Translations under genes and position numbers: made by a program | NCBI GenBank assembly: GCA_964448475.1 | Contig: CAYVBA010000002.1 | Span: forward strand, 1-53,466 | DNA length: 53,466 nucleotides | Direction of reading: 5' to 3' | From: an uncultured Coriobacteriales bacterium | GTDB taxonomy: Bacteria; Actinomycetota; Coriobacteriia; Coriobacteriales; CAYVBA01 | Notes under the pieces: generated by a model | Database searches by the model: none | The model's input: only the letters and a program-made list of their open reading frames with translations | What the model was told of the DNA's origin: nothing | Shown: in pieces, positions 10,980 through 20,306 of the stretch | Position numbering within the stretch: position 1 is the stretch's first letter | Layout of the letters: each line of letters opens with the position of its first letter

Positions 10980-11716
10980 AGTTCTGGGATGCGGATCTCA
11001 CCGCCGAACAGCGCGAGACCCTCGCGCGTTACGAAGCCGATCTGGAGCAGCGGCTCTCGCCGTACCGCTTCAGGCATTCGGTGAGCGTGGCTGCCACAGC
11101 ACTGGAGCTCTCGCGGCTCTACGATGACATCGACCCGTACCAGGCGATCGCAGCAGGTCTCCTGCATGATTGGGACAAGGAACTCTCCTACGAGGAGCTG
11201 GTGGCTGAAGCCGAGCGCTTCGAGGTGGACCTTCCCGAAGGGGAGGAGTTCCATCTCCCGCTCCTGCATTCCATCACGGGGCCGTTCTCCTTGCTCGAGG
11301 TGTATCCGGAGCTCACCGACTCCATCCTCATCGCTGTAGGCCGTCACACGATCGGCGCCGTTCACATGTCGGCACTGGACATGGCTGTCTACGTCTCCGA
11401 TCTCCTGGAGCCGCTCCGCGTGCACCCGCGCGCCGAGGCGCTCCGCATGAACATCGGCGTCATGCCGCTCGAGGAGCTCTACATCTCCTGCATGCGCAGC
11501 TCTCTCATACATGTCGTGGAGCATGAGCGTCCCATCTTCCCGGAATCGGTCATGATCTGGAACGAACTGATGGATGTGCTGGCCATGTCGACCGACCTCC
11601 ACCACCCTCGCATCACCCCGATCCCCAAGCGCGCCAGGCGCAAGCGCTTCCCTCATGAAGCGAGCGGACTACGCTCCAAGCGGCGTAGTTCCTCCCGGAA
11701 AGGGAACCATAACTAG
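10976..11716 (+). CDS. yqeK: HD-domain protein, YqeK-type bis(5'-nucleosyl)-tetraphosphatase
   Basis: YRFRHSVSVA...GLLHDWDKE HD motif. Canonical position between nadD and rsfS. ATGA overlap with the nadD stop. It carries a basic C-terminal tail of about 45 aa. Confidence 0.75.
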   Translation: MKFWDADLTAEQRETLARYEADLEQRLSPYRFRHSVSVAATALELSRLYDDIDPYQAIAAGLLHDWDKELSYEELVAEAERFEVDLPEGEEFHLPLLHSITGPFSLLEVYPELTDSILIAVGRHTIGAVHMSALDMAVYVSDLLEPLRVHPRAEALRMNIGVMPLEELYISCMRSSLIHVVEHERPIFPESVMIWNELMDVLAMSTDLHHPRITPIPKRARRKRFPHEASGLRSKRRSSSRKGNHN

Positions 11717-11721
11717 AACGG

Positions 11722-12147
11722 ATGGACCACGAAGCCCGAAGGAAGGACGTGTACGTGGAATCACGTGACATCGTACGGACAGCAGCACAAGCAGCCTGGG
11801 ACAAGAAGGCCACGGACCTGGAGATCATAGACATCTCAGGCGTTTCCGATATAGCGGACTACTTCTTCATAGCTACCGGTCAGAACAACAGGCACGTGGA
11901 CTCCATCATCGATGGTGTCCGTGAGAACGTGCGCGAGAAGGAACAGCAGCGCCCCCTCTCGGTAGAGGGTATGGAATCGCTCGATTGGGCACTCATCGAC
12001 TACGGCAGCGTCATCGTGCACATCTTCCAGCCCGAGCCGCGTGATTACTACCGTCTCGGTTCGCTCTGGGGAGATGCTCCGCGTATGGAGCTGGATTTCC
12101 TGGATGCGGAGGATGAGTCGGGCGAGAAGGACGAGCCCGCCCTTTAG
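11722..12147 (+). CDS. rsfS: Ribosome silencing factor RsfS (iojap family)
   Basis: KKATDLEIIDISGVSDIADYFFIATGQNNRHVDSI...DWALIDYGSVIVHIFQPEPRDYYRLGSLW is a typical RsfS sequence. Confidence 0.85.
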   Translation: MDHEARRKDVYVESRDIVRTAAQAAWDKKATDLEIIDISGVSDIADYFFIATGQNNRHVDSIIDGVRENVREKEQQRPLSVEGMESLDWALIDYGSVIVHIFQPEPRDYYRLGSLWGDAPRMELDFLDAEDESGEKDEPAL

Positions 12148-12158
12148 GAGTCGGGCTC
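12133..12158. terminator. Hairpin spanning the overlapping convergent stop codons of rsfS and dinB; a possible bidirectional terminator
   Basis: GAGCCCG (12133-12139) pairs with CGGGCTC (12152-12158). The loop contains both the rsfS TAG (12145-12147) and the dinB TAA (complement of 12144-12146). There is no clear U-tract. Confidence 0.3.
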
Positions 12159-13451
12159 CTCATCATCGGGGTCCCGACGTGGCTGGCGTTCGGGGTCCAT
12201 GGCTATCGTGTCTCCAAGATGCTCACGGGACACGAGCTCGCTTCCCATCATGAGCTTGTCGCTCCCGAACCGAGCTCTGATCGAATCGAGAGCTTCCGCC
12301 GTGCGTGGTCGTTTCGGCCGCTCTACAGGAGCCTCCAGCGGATCGAAGAGATCGAGTTGCTCATCCCGCTCATCGAAATCCTTAGCTCCCACTCCGATGA
12401 GTCTGATCGGAGTCGGGGGTGTCCAGAGACGATCGAGCAGCTCCCGGAGTCGCGGACGCATGGTCTCGAGGTCGTCGAATCCTCCGGGTACTTGGAGCTG
12501 GGCGCTCCGCGTGGTCGCGAAGTCGAATCTGACTCGGAGTACGAGCGTATGCGCCACGAGCCCGTGAGCGCGCAGCCTTCCCGCGACCTTCTCGCCCAGG
12601 TAATGCACGGCTGACGTCACATCGTCCTCATCGGTGAGGTCGGTCGTGAAGGTCCGTTCGTTGGAGATCGACTTGACCGGTTCATCCATGACGATGGGGG
12701 AGTACTCGGCACCACGCGCGCGGAGGCGGAAGCGCTCGGACGCGCTGCCGAGGTGAGGCTTGAGGGTCTCGATATCAGCAGAAGCGAGGTCACCGAGAGT
12801 CTCGATGCCCACGGAGCGGAGTCGCCGAACAGCTTTGGGGCCGATCCCGCTCAGGTCAGCGATGTCGCGCGGTGCGAGGAACGACTCCTCGCTGCCGGGG
12901 AAGATGATCGTGAGGCCGTCAGGCTTGTCCAAGTCCGAAGCGATCTTGGAGACCGTCTTCGAGGTGGAGAGGCCGATCGAGCACGTGATACCCAGTTCGC
13001 GTACGCGATTCTGGATCCTGCGGACGATGGCCACGGGGTGGTCACCCGTGAAGGTGCCTGGTGAGATGTCGAAGAAGGCCTCGTCTATGCTGACCTGCTG
13101 GATGTAGGGTGTCTCATCGCGGATGATGTCCATGATCCCATCGGAGACCTCGCGGTAGTGCTCATGGCGCCCTCTCGTCCAGATCGCGTCAGGGCATCTG
13201 CGCTCCGCCTCTGCCGATGGCATGGCCGAGTGGACGCCGAAGACGCGGGCCTCGTACGACGCAGCAGCCACGACCCCGCGGTTACCCGACTTGCCGCCTA
13301 CGATGACAGGCTTGCCGCGCCATTCAGGATGATCGCGCTGTTCAACGGATGCGAAGAAGGCATCGAGGTCGAGGAGTGCTATGGCCGGGCCGTCCCACGG
13401 TATGAGTTCCAGGATCTCGTGAGGTGTCTCCATGCTCCAATGGTAGATCAT
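12144..13451 (-). CDS. dinB: DNA polymerase IV (Y-family)
   Basis: LLDLDAFFASVEQRDHPEWRGKPVIVGG and SIDEAFFDI motifs, an HhH/little-finger region, and the beta-clamp motif QLDLF (encoded at 12345-12359). The start is uncertain: ATG at 13451 or 13433. The ORF-track start at 13523 would overlap nfo. Confidence 0.9.
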   Translation of the reverse strand: MIYHWSMETPHEILELIPWDGPAIALLDLDAFFASVEQRDHPEWRGKPVIVGGKSGNRGVVAAASYEARVFGVHSAMPSAEAERRCPDAIWTRGRHEHYREVSDGIMDIIRDETPYIQQVSIDEAFFDISPGTFTGDHPVAIVRRIQNRVRELGITCSIGLSTSKTVSKIASDLDKPDGLTIIFPGSEESFLAPRDIADLSGIGPKAVRRLRSVGIETLGDLASADIETLKPHLGSASERFRLRARGAEYSPIVMDEPVKSISNERTFTTDLTDEDDVTSAVHYLGEKVAGRLRAHGLVAHTLVLRVRFDFATTRSAQLQVPGGFDDLETMRPRLRELLDRLWTPPTPIRLIGVGAKDFDERDEQLDLFDPLEAPVERPKRPRTAEALDSIRARFGSDKLMMGSELVSREHLGDTIAMDPERQPRRDPDDEEPDS

Positions 13452-13505
13452 CCGCTCCGTCAACTCGGGTAGAGTGGTGTTCGACGAAGAAAGAGGTAGA
13501 TATAC

Positions 13506-14423
13506 ATGCTCATAGGTGCACATGTACCGAGCGACCCTGATTTCCGCAAGATCTTCTCGTACGCCCGTTCCGTGGGCTGCGAGTGCCTTCAGATGTTCCT
13601 GCGCTCTCCGCGGATGTGGTCCGCGCCCCCACTGAAGGAGGAGCGCCTCGCCTCATTGGATGCAGCGCGTGATGAGGGGATCGATCTTCCGATCCTGGTT
13701 CATACGGCGTATCTTATCAATCTCGCGACCGACAAGCCTGACAACGAGGAGCTCTCCGTCTCAGCGTTTGTGGATGAGCTCGAGAAGGCCGAACGAATTG
13801 GGGCGCAGGCTCTCAACACGCACGTAGGTAGCTCCAAGATCCTGCCACGCGACCGTGTCGCCAGCCGCATAGCCGATCGGATCGAAGAGGCGTACACCAG
13901 GGCAGGTATCACCGATCCTAAGACAAGGCTCGTCCTCGAGAACACGGCGGGGAGCGGGTCCACCTTCGGGACGACCATCTCCGAACTCGCTGAGATCCAT
14001 CACGAACTCGCGAATAGGGGACTTCCCGCTCCGGGCATCTGCATCGATACGGCTCACGCGTGGGCAGCCGGATACGACGTCTCCAGCCGACCAGGCTGGG
14101 ATGAGTTGCTCGATGAGGTGGACGGCTCCCTCGGCCTCGAGAACCTCATCTGGATACACGCGAACGATTCCCTGATGTGGCGCGGTTCGCTCCGGGATCG
14201 CCATGCGTGGATCGGTGAGGGTACCATCGGGTACGAGGGGTTCCGTGTCATGACCTCCGACCCACGTCTTTCCCATGTGGACGTGGTGCTCGAGATGCCT
14301 GGCACGCCTCCTGTCAAGGATGAGCGTAATATCACCGTATTGAAGATGATGAGGGAGACCGGACGTGTTCCGGACGAGGACACGCTCGCTACCCTTCCCT
14401 CCCAGGACGATGAGGAGTCGTGA
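13506..14423 (+). CDS. nfo: Deoxyribonuclease IV (endonuclease IV, AP endonuclease family 2)
   Basis: MLIGAHV..., HTAYLINLA, LENTAG, CIDTAHAWAAGYD and HANDS... are the characteristic Endo IV metal-ligand blocks. Confidence 0.9.
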   Translation: MLIGAHVPSDPDFRKIFSYARSVGCECLQMFLRSPRMWSAPPLKEERLASLDAARDEGIDLPILVHTAYLINLATDKPDNEELSVSAFVDELEKAERIGAQALNTHVGSSKILPRDRVASRIADRIEEAYTRAGITDPKTRLVLENTAGSGSTFGTTISELAEIHHELANRGLPAPGICIDTAHAWAAGYDVSSRPGWDELLDEVDGSLGLENLIWIHANDSLMWRGSLRDRHAWIGEGTIGYEGFRVMTSDPRLSHVDVVLEMPGTPPVKDERNITVLKMMRETGRVPDEDTLATLPSQDDEES

Positions 14424-14424
14424 G

Positions 14425-15807
14425 ATGACCGAGTGCCCGCGTGCGATGATCGCAGCTCCGTTTAGTCGAGCCGGCAAGACGACCATAGCTCTCGCCGTCA
14501 TGCGTGCACTCACGCTCAGAGGTCTTCGCGTGAAGCCATACAAGAGCGGTCCCAACTACGTGGACATCGTCTATCACGAGCATGCTACAGGGTGTGTGGG
14601 GAACAACCTCGACAGCTTTCTCATGTCGGCCGAGGCCATGAACGGGCTTCTCGCCCATAACGCCGGCGGGGTCGACATCTCCATCGTCGAAGGTTTCGCC
14701 GGGCTCTTCGACGGCATCGGTACGAGTACTGATGCATCATCGGCTCAGATCGCGCGCCTCACCGAGACGCCCATCATTCTCGTGCTGCCCTCGCACCGCC
14801 TTGGTGTGTCCGCGGCGGCACTCGTGCATGGCTACACCACGTTCCGCAAGGGCGTCACGATCGCGGGCGTAATCCTGGACTCCATCACCGGTAAGGAGCA
14901 CTACACGAAGGTGAAGGAGTCGATCGAGGACTTCACCGGTGTGCCGGTGATCGGGTATCTGGAGCATGCGGACGAGGTATCGCTACCTGCGACCATGCTC
15001 GAGCTCACGCCCATAGAGCGGCTCCCTATGGTGGAGAAGTCCATCGCAGCTGCTGCAGCGCTCGCTGCTGAGACCATAGATCTCGATCGTTTCATCTCCA
15101 TCGCGCAATCGGCTCTGGCGATCAGCTCGACCTACGATCTCACGCCCGACCCCGAGCCGCGCGTGACCATAGCGATCGCACGGGACGAGTGTTTCTCGTT
15201 CTACTACGACTCATCGCTCAAGCTCCTCGAGCATCTGGGGGCGAAGCTCGCGCCCTTCTCGCCCCTCCATGACGAAGCGCTCCCCGAAGGTACGTCGGGA
15301 GTGTATCTGGGTGCGGGCTACTTCGATATCTACGCCGAGCAGCTCTCGCAGAACGGATCCATGCGTCAGGCGCTGTTGGATGCCTCCATGGCCGGGATGC
15401 CCATATACGGGGAGTGCGGGGGCTACGCGTATTTGATGAAGGATGTGGAGCTGACCGATGGACGCACGCTTCCGCTGGTAGGAGTGTTCAGCGGAACGTC
15501 GCAACTCGGTTTGGATTCCGTGCGTCGTTACGGCTACGTCCAGGTCCGCACCATGTACGACACGTTCCTGTGCCCCTCGCTCACGCAGTACAACGCTCAT
15601 GAGTTCCATCACTCGCAGATCGAGAACGAAGGAGCCATCCACCTCGTCCAGCGCGCTGAAGGTCCGGGCGGGTGGACCACGGGCGACACCGTCCGCAACA
15701 CCGTAGGGACCTACGCCCACGTCAACTTCATCACACTGCCTGTCATGGCCGAGAACTTCATTGCAGCGGCCGCGGAATACGGCGAGAAGGACGGGGCGGT
15801 ACGCTGA
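14425..15807 (+). CDS. cbiA: Cobyrinate a,c-diamide synthase (CbiA/CobB family)
   Basis: N-terminal ATPase block APFSRAGKTTIALAVMRAL..YKSGPNYVD. C-terminal glutaminase domain IAIARDECFSFYY...IYGECGGYAYL. The start was trimmed to ATG 14425, preceded by the SD GAGGAG (14412-14417) and one base after the nfo stop. Confidence 0.85.
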   Translation: MTECPRAMIAAPFSRAGKTTIALAVMRALTLRGLRVKPYKSGPNYVDIVYHEHATGCVGNNLDSFLMSAEAMNGLLAHNAGGVDISIVEGFAGLFDGIGTSTDASSAQIARLTETPIILVLPSHRLGVSAAALVHGYTTFRKGVTIAGVILDSITGKEHYTKVKESIEDFTGVPVIGYLEHADEVSLPATMLELTPIERLPMVEKSIAAAAALAAETIDLDRFISIAQSALAISSTYDLTPDPEPRVTIAIARDECFSFYYDSSLKLLEHLGAKLAPFSPLHDEALPEGTSGVYLGAGYFDIYAEQLSQNGSMRQALLDASMAGMPIYGECGGYAYLMKDVELTDGRTLPLVGVFSGTSQLGLDSVRRYGYVQVRTMYDTFLCPSLTQYNAHEFHHSQIENEGAIHLVQRAEGPGGWTTGDTVRNTVGTYAHVNFITLPVMAENFIAAAAEYGEKDGAVR

Positions 15808-16298
15808 TGAGCGGTCTCGAGCGGGGGTACGTCCAGATCTACACCGGCGGTGGCAAGGGCAAGACGACCGCCGCGCTCGGACTCTGCGCCCGTGCGCTCG
15901 GAGCGGATCTGGATGTGCGCATGTTCCAGTTCATGAAGAAGTTGCAGTGCTCGGAGCATGAGTTCGCGGAGCGCGTGGGACTCCCGGTCAAGCAGGTCGA
16001 GCCGGGTGATCTCAAGACCATGAACCGAGCGCTCTTCGAGGAAGCGCTCTCCTCGTATCAGGGCGGCGTGGATGTGCTCGTGCTCGATGAGGTAGGGGAG
16101 GCGCTCAGGCGCGGATTCCTCACCCGTGAGGACATCGAGCGCGCTGTTGCCGAGAAGCCCGTCACCGTGGAGCTCATCATGACGGGCCGTGGACTCGGTG
16201 AGACGATCGGGGATCTGGCCGACCTCATCACCGAGATGCAACCGATCAAGCATTACTTCGACGAAGGCGTCATGGCACGGAAAGGGATCGAATACTGA
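15807..16298 (+). CDS. cobO: Cob(I)yrinic acid a,c-diamide / cob(I)alamin adenosyltransferase (CobA/CobO/BtuR type)
   Basis: GYVQIYTGGGKGKTTAALGLCARALG, LVLDEV and PIKHYFDEGVMARKGIEY. The ATG at 15807 overlaps the cbiA stop (TGATG). The ORF-track N-terminal extension lies inside cbiA. Confidence 0.85.
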   Translation: MSGLERGYVQIYTGGGKGKTTAALGLCARALGADLDVRMFQFMKKLQCSEHEFAERVGLPVKQVEPGDLKTMNRALFEEALSSYQGGVDVLVLDEVGEALRRGFLTREDIERAVAEKPVTVELIMTGRGLGETIGDLADLITEMQPIKHYFDEGVMARKGIEY

Positions 16299-16299
16299 C

Positions 16300-17442
16300 A
16301 TGTTCGATACGATCACGAAGCTATTCGAGCGTATGGGGAGCGACCACAGAGATGCTGAGATCCAGACAGCCGGTGTCGTAGGCATCCTCGGGAACCTGCT
16401 CCTCGCTGGAGTGAAGTTCTTCATCGGATTCACCTCCGGCTCGGTGGCCATCATGTCCGACGCCGTGCACAACTTCACGGATTCCGGGAACTCGGCTCTC
16501 GCGATCGCGAGCGCCCGGTTCGCCGAGAAGGCCCCCACCGCCAAGCACCCGCATGGGTACGGCCGTGTCGAGTACATCGCGGGCATGCTCATAGCAGCCA
16601 TCATCATCTTCCTGGGTATCGAGTTCTTCCGTGAGTCATGGGCTTCCATATTCGACCCGCAGGACGTCGAATTCCAGGCGTTGGACCTCGTCCTTCTCGT
16701 CATGGCCATCCTGGTCAAGATCGCCATGGCCTTCTACACGCGCAGTGTTGCCGCGCGCCACAACGCACCTGCCCTGAGGGCGACGGCGGTCGAGGCGTTC
16801 ACCGATGTGTTCAAGTCCGGTGTCGCGCTCGTCTCGGCGTTCATCCTGTACTTCACGGGGCTGCCCATAGACGGGTACGCCGGTCTCGTGATCAGCCTCT
16901 TCATCATGTATGCGGGATTCACCATCATCCGCGAGACGTTCGACGGGATCGTGGGCTCCAACGCCGACGCGGTGCTCGCAACGCACATCTACGAGGACGT
17001 CTCCAAGACACGCTACGTCAAGGGTGTGCACGACCTTATCCTCCACAACTACGGTCCCAACCGCTACAAAGGGTCCGTCTACGTGGAGCTCGAGGACGAC
17101 GTGGCGGTAGGGGAGTTCGCTCCGTACCTCAAGGAGGCTCAGGATCACATCCTGGCTGAACATGGGATATTCCTCGTGTTCGGGATCTATCCCATCAACA
17201 CCGCGTCTGACCGCGTCGAATGCATGCGCGGTGTGATCGCTGGGATCCTGGAGGATTTCGAACACGCGCGTGAGCCGCACGCGATCTACGTGGACGACCG
17301 CGAGCGCACGATCAGCTTCGATATCATCGTCGATTTCACCGTCTCGGATGTCGGATCCATCAGCGATGCAGTAGCGAAGCGCGTCTCCGATCGGTTCGAC
17401 GGCTACGAAGTGCGTGTGGACGTCGAGCGTCCGTACGTGTGA
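16300..17442 (+). CDS. Cation diffusion facilitator (CDF) family divalent-metal efflux transporter
   Basis: Six predicted TM segments with SVAIMSDAVHNFTDSG and AVEAFTDVF metal-site motifs, plus a C-terminal cytoplasmic domain. The ATG at 16300 lies one base after the cobO stop. Confidence 0.85.
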   Translation: MFDTITKLFERMGSDHRDAEIQTAGVVGILGNLLLAGVKFFIGFTSGSVAIMSDAVHNFTDSGNSALAIASARFAEKAPTAKHPHGYGRVEYIAGMLIAAIIIFLGIEFFRESWASIFDPQDVEFQALDLVLLVMAILVKIAMAFYTRSVAARHNAPALRATAVEAFTDVFKSGVALVSAFILYFTGLPIDGYAGLVISLFIMYAGFTIIRETFDGIVGSNADAVLATHIYEDVSKTRYVKGVHDLILHNYGPNRYKGSVYVELEDDVAVGEFAPYLKEAQDHILAEHGIFLVFGIYPINTASDRVECMRGVIAGILEDFEHAREPHAIYVDDRERTISFDIIVDFTVSDVGSISDAVAKRVSDRFDGYEVRVDVERPYV

Positions 17443-17504
17443 TCATCCCCACAGGTGACATGACTGCGGTATCCTTATCAGATGCTTTCGGATAGAGGAT
17501 GGAT

Positions 17505-20306
17505 ATGGCTAACGATTACAAATCAACGATGAATCTCCCGAAGACCGAGTTCCCCATGAGGGCAGGTCTCGCTACCAAGGAGCCGCTCCGACTCGCACGG
17601 TGGGAGGAGGCTGACATCTACGCGCTCTCGCTCGAGAAGAACGAGGGCAAGGAGACCTTCATCCTCCACGACGGGCCTCCGTACGCGAACGGTCCTATCC
17701 ACATGGGTCACGCTCTCAACAAGATCCTGAAGGACATCATCAATAAGTACTGGACCTCACGCGGTTACCAGACTCCTTACGTCCCGGGTTGGGACTGCCA
17801 CGGCCAGCCGATCGAGCACATGGTGGAAGTCACCGTGGGCAAGGAGAGGATCGCGCAGATGGATCAAGTCACGATCCGTCGTCTCTGTCGTGAATGGGCC
17901 GAGAAGTACGTGGATTCCCAGCGCGAGGGGTTCAAGCGTCTCGGAGTCCGTGGCAAGTGGGAGGATCCCTACCTCACCTATCAGCACGCCTACGAGGCAG
18001 CTGACATAGAGATCTTCAAGCGCATCTTCCTGGATGGCGCTATCTATCGCGGCCGCAAGCCGATCCATTGGTGCCGGAGTTGTCATACCGCCCTCGCGGA
18101 AGCTGAGATCGAGTACGGCGATGAGCCGGGGCACTCGCTCTACGTAGGATTCGAGATCGAAGACGGCTTCGCCCCGCTTCTCGCATCCGGCCTGACGCAG
18201 CGCCTCGCCATCTGGACCACCACGCCGTGGACGCTCCCTGCGAACGCAGCCGTCGCCGTGTCGGCGGACGCTGAGTACGTAGCCGTCGTACACGGAAGCT
18301 CCGCGTACATCATGGCCAAGGCGCTCGTCGCCCAGGTCGTGGAAGCCGCTCAGTGGGAAGGCGCCACGCTCGTGACCGACGCCAAGGACGAGCCGCTCGT
18401 CTTCAAGGGTAAGGACCTCGAAGGTCTCACGTACGTGCATCCGATCATCGAAGGCCGAAGTGGTGTCGTGGTCGTGGGTGACCACGTCCTTCTCGACGGT
18501 GGTACCGGTGCTGTCCATACGGCACCCGGACATGGTCAGGAGGACTACGAAGTAGGCCTCGAATACGACCTGCCGCTCTACATGCCCGTCGACGGTGCCG
18601 GTATCTTCACCGAGGAAGCCGGTGCGTTCGCCGGTATGGATATCGACGAGGCGGCTGAGCCGATAATCGAGCACCTCGGTAACACCGATCAGCTCATCAT
18701 CGACGGCTCGCTGTCGCACTCGTATCCGCATTGCTGGCGCTGCAAGAACCCCGTCATCTTCCGCGCCACCGAGCAGTGGTTCGTCTCCATGGAGGCCACC
18801 GGCCTCCGCGAGAAGGCGCTCTCTGCTATGCAGGACGTGACGTGGCACCCCGCATGGGCCGTGAACCGCATCGGCTCCATGGTGGCCGATCGTCCTGACT
18901 GGACCATCTCCCGTCAGCGCAACTGGGGCGTGCCGATCCCCGTGTTCTCCTGCAAGAGCTGCGGCACGACGCTCGCGACCGAGGAGAGCTTCGACGCCGT
19001 CATCGCTCTCTTCCACGAGCACGGCTCCGATGCTTGGTTCTCCATGGATCCCTCCGAGTACCTGCCCGCTACCATCGCGTGCGAGAAGTGCGGAAGCCAC
19101 GAGTTCATCCCCGAGAAGGACATCCTCGACGTCTGGTGGGAGTCCGGCTGTTCACACACCGGCGTGCTCGAGGTCTATCCGGAGCTCCGTCGACCTGCGG
19201 ACATGTACCTCGAAGGATCGGATCAGCACCGCGGTTGGTTTCAGTCCTCGCTCCTGACGTCCGTCGCCGCTTACGGTGAGGCGCCCTACAGGAACGTCGT
19301 CTCCAACGGATTCATCGTGGACGAACAGGGTCGCAAGATGTCCAAGTCCCTCGGCAACGGCGTGGATCCTCTCGAGGTCTGCGACAAGCGCGGCGCTGAC
19401 ATCATCCGTCTCTGGGTCTCCTCGACCGACTCCTCGCAGGACGTATCCATCTCCGAAGGCATCCTCGACCGTACGTCGGATGCGTACCGTCGTTTCCGCA
19501 ACACCCTCCGCTTCCTGCTCTCGGTCCTCGATGACTTCGATGGCGAGAAGGACGCGGTCGCACTGGATGAGATGCTCGAAGTCGATCGCTGGCAGGTGGC
19601 ACGTCTGACGCAACTCGAGGCTACCGTCCGTGAGGGCTACGAGACGTATCGCTTCCATCAGGTCTACCGCGCGCTCTACGATTACATCGTGACCGAGCTC
19701 TCCAGTGTCTACATGGACGCTCTCAAGGATCGTCTCTACTCCGATGCCGCGGACTCAAAGACCCGACGGAGCGGTCAGACCGCTGCCGCTGAGATCCTGC
19801 AGTTCCTCGTGCGCGTACTCTCGCCGATCATCACCTTCACGGCGGATGAGGTCTTCGAGCATATGCCCGTCTCCTTGAGGGAGCCCGGCGTGGAATTCGC
19901 ACAGCTCCTCGACTGGTACGAGCCTCGCTTCACGGAAGAGGAAGCTGCACCGCTGCTCGCTCGCTATCGAAGCGCTCTTAACGTGAGGGACGTCGTAACC
20001 AAGGCGCTCGAGGATGCACGCGGTGAGGACATCATCGGCAAGAGCCAGGAGGCTCGAGTGACCGTCACCGCCCCGCAAGGATTGGTCGACGTCCTTCTCG
20101 CCGAACCTACGATCGACTACGAGGAGTTCTTCATCGTGGCAGGAGTGGAGTTCCAGCCCGGTGAGGAGCTGGCTGCTCACGTCGAACCTGCAGTGGGCGA
20201 GAAGTGCCCACGTTGCTGGAACGTGCGTGAGCTCGGAGTCTCAGAAGCCTATCCGGAGGTATGCGGCCGGTGCGCTGAGGTATTGGCCGGCCTGGAGGCT
20301 CGATGA
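17505..20306 (+). CDS. ileS: Isoleucine--tRNA ligase (type 1, with C-terminal Zn-binding CxxC pairs)
   Basis: HMGH and KMSKS motifs, the CP1 editing domain, and C-terminal CPRCW...CGRC. The second ATG (17505) is preferred because the SD AGAGGA (17494-17499) overlaps the first ATG (17499). Confidence 0.95.
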   Translation: MANDYKSTMNLPKTEFPMRAGLATKEPLRLARWEEADIYALSLEKNEGKETFILHDGPPYANGPIHMGHALNKILKDIINKYWTSRGYQTPYVPGWDCHGQPIEHMVEVTVGKERIAQMDQVTIRRLCREWAEKYVDSQREGFKRLGVRGKWEDPYLTYQHAYEAADIEIFKRIFLDGAIYRGRKPIHWCRSCHTALAEAEIEYGDEPGHSLYVGFEIEDGFAPLLASGLTQRLAIWTTTPWTLPANAAVAVSADAEYVAVVHGSSAYIMAKALVAQVVEAAQWEGATLVTDAKDEPLVFKGKDLEGLTYVHPIIEGRSGVVVVGDHVLLDGGTGAVHTAPGHGQEDYEVGLEYDLPLYMPVDGAGIFTEEAGAFAGMDIDEAAEPIIEHLGNTDQLIIDGSLSHSYPHCWRCKNPVIFRATEQWFVSMEATGLREKALSAMQDVTWHPAWAVNRIGSMVADRPDWTISRQRNWGVPIPVFSCKSCGTTLATEESFDAVIALFHEHGSDAWFSMDPSEYLPATIACEKCGSHEFIPEKDILDVWWESGCSHTGVLEVYPELRRPADMYLEGSDQHRGWFQSSLLTSVAAYGEAPYRNVVSNGFIVDEQGRKMSKSLGNGVDPLEVCDKRGADIIRLWVSSTDSSQDVSISEGILDRTSDAYRRFRNTLRFLLSVLDDFDGEKDAVALDEMLEVDRWQVARLTQLEATVREGYETYRFHQVYRALYDYIVTELSSVYMDALKDRLYSDAADSKTRRSGQTAAAEILQFLVRVLSPIITFTADEVFEHMPVSLREPGVEFAQLLDWYEPRFTEEEAAPLLARYRSALNVRDVVTKALEDARGEDIIGKSQEARVTVTAPQGLVDVLLAEPTIDYEEFFIVAGVEFQPGEELAAHVEPAVGEKCPRCWNVRELGVSEAYPEVCGRCAEVLAGLEAR

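Noticed and set aside
13452-13505. Possible LexA/SOS box in the dinB-nfo divergent region (GTTCGA at 13479-13484).
   Set aside because: Only a half-site is present. No TCGAAC or GAAC partner lies at the N4 spacing, so a LexA operator cannot be supported from sequence.
15711-16727. Long antisense ORFs opposite well-supported genes. Examples: 15711..16727(-), 17757..19100(-), 29824..30888(-), 31582..32781(-), 4632..5720(-), 10685..11656(-), 46083..47030(-), 49412..50332(-) and 36548..37072(-).
   Set aside because: Their translations are Arg/Ser/Gly/His-rich low-complexity sequences with no recognisable motifs. Each lies opposite a gene with strong family signatures. Stop-poor antisense frames are expected in high-GC DNA.
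17443-17504. T-box or other leader upstream of ileS, and a cobalamin riboswitch upstream of cbiA.
   Set aside because: The ileS upstream gap is about 60 nt, far too short for a T-box. cbiA starts 1 nt after nfo, so there is no leader at all.
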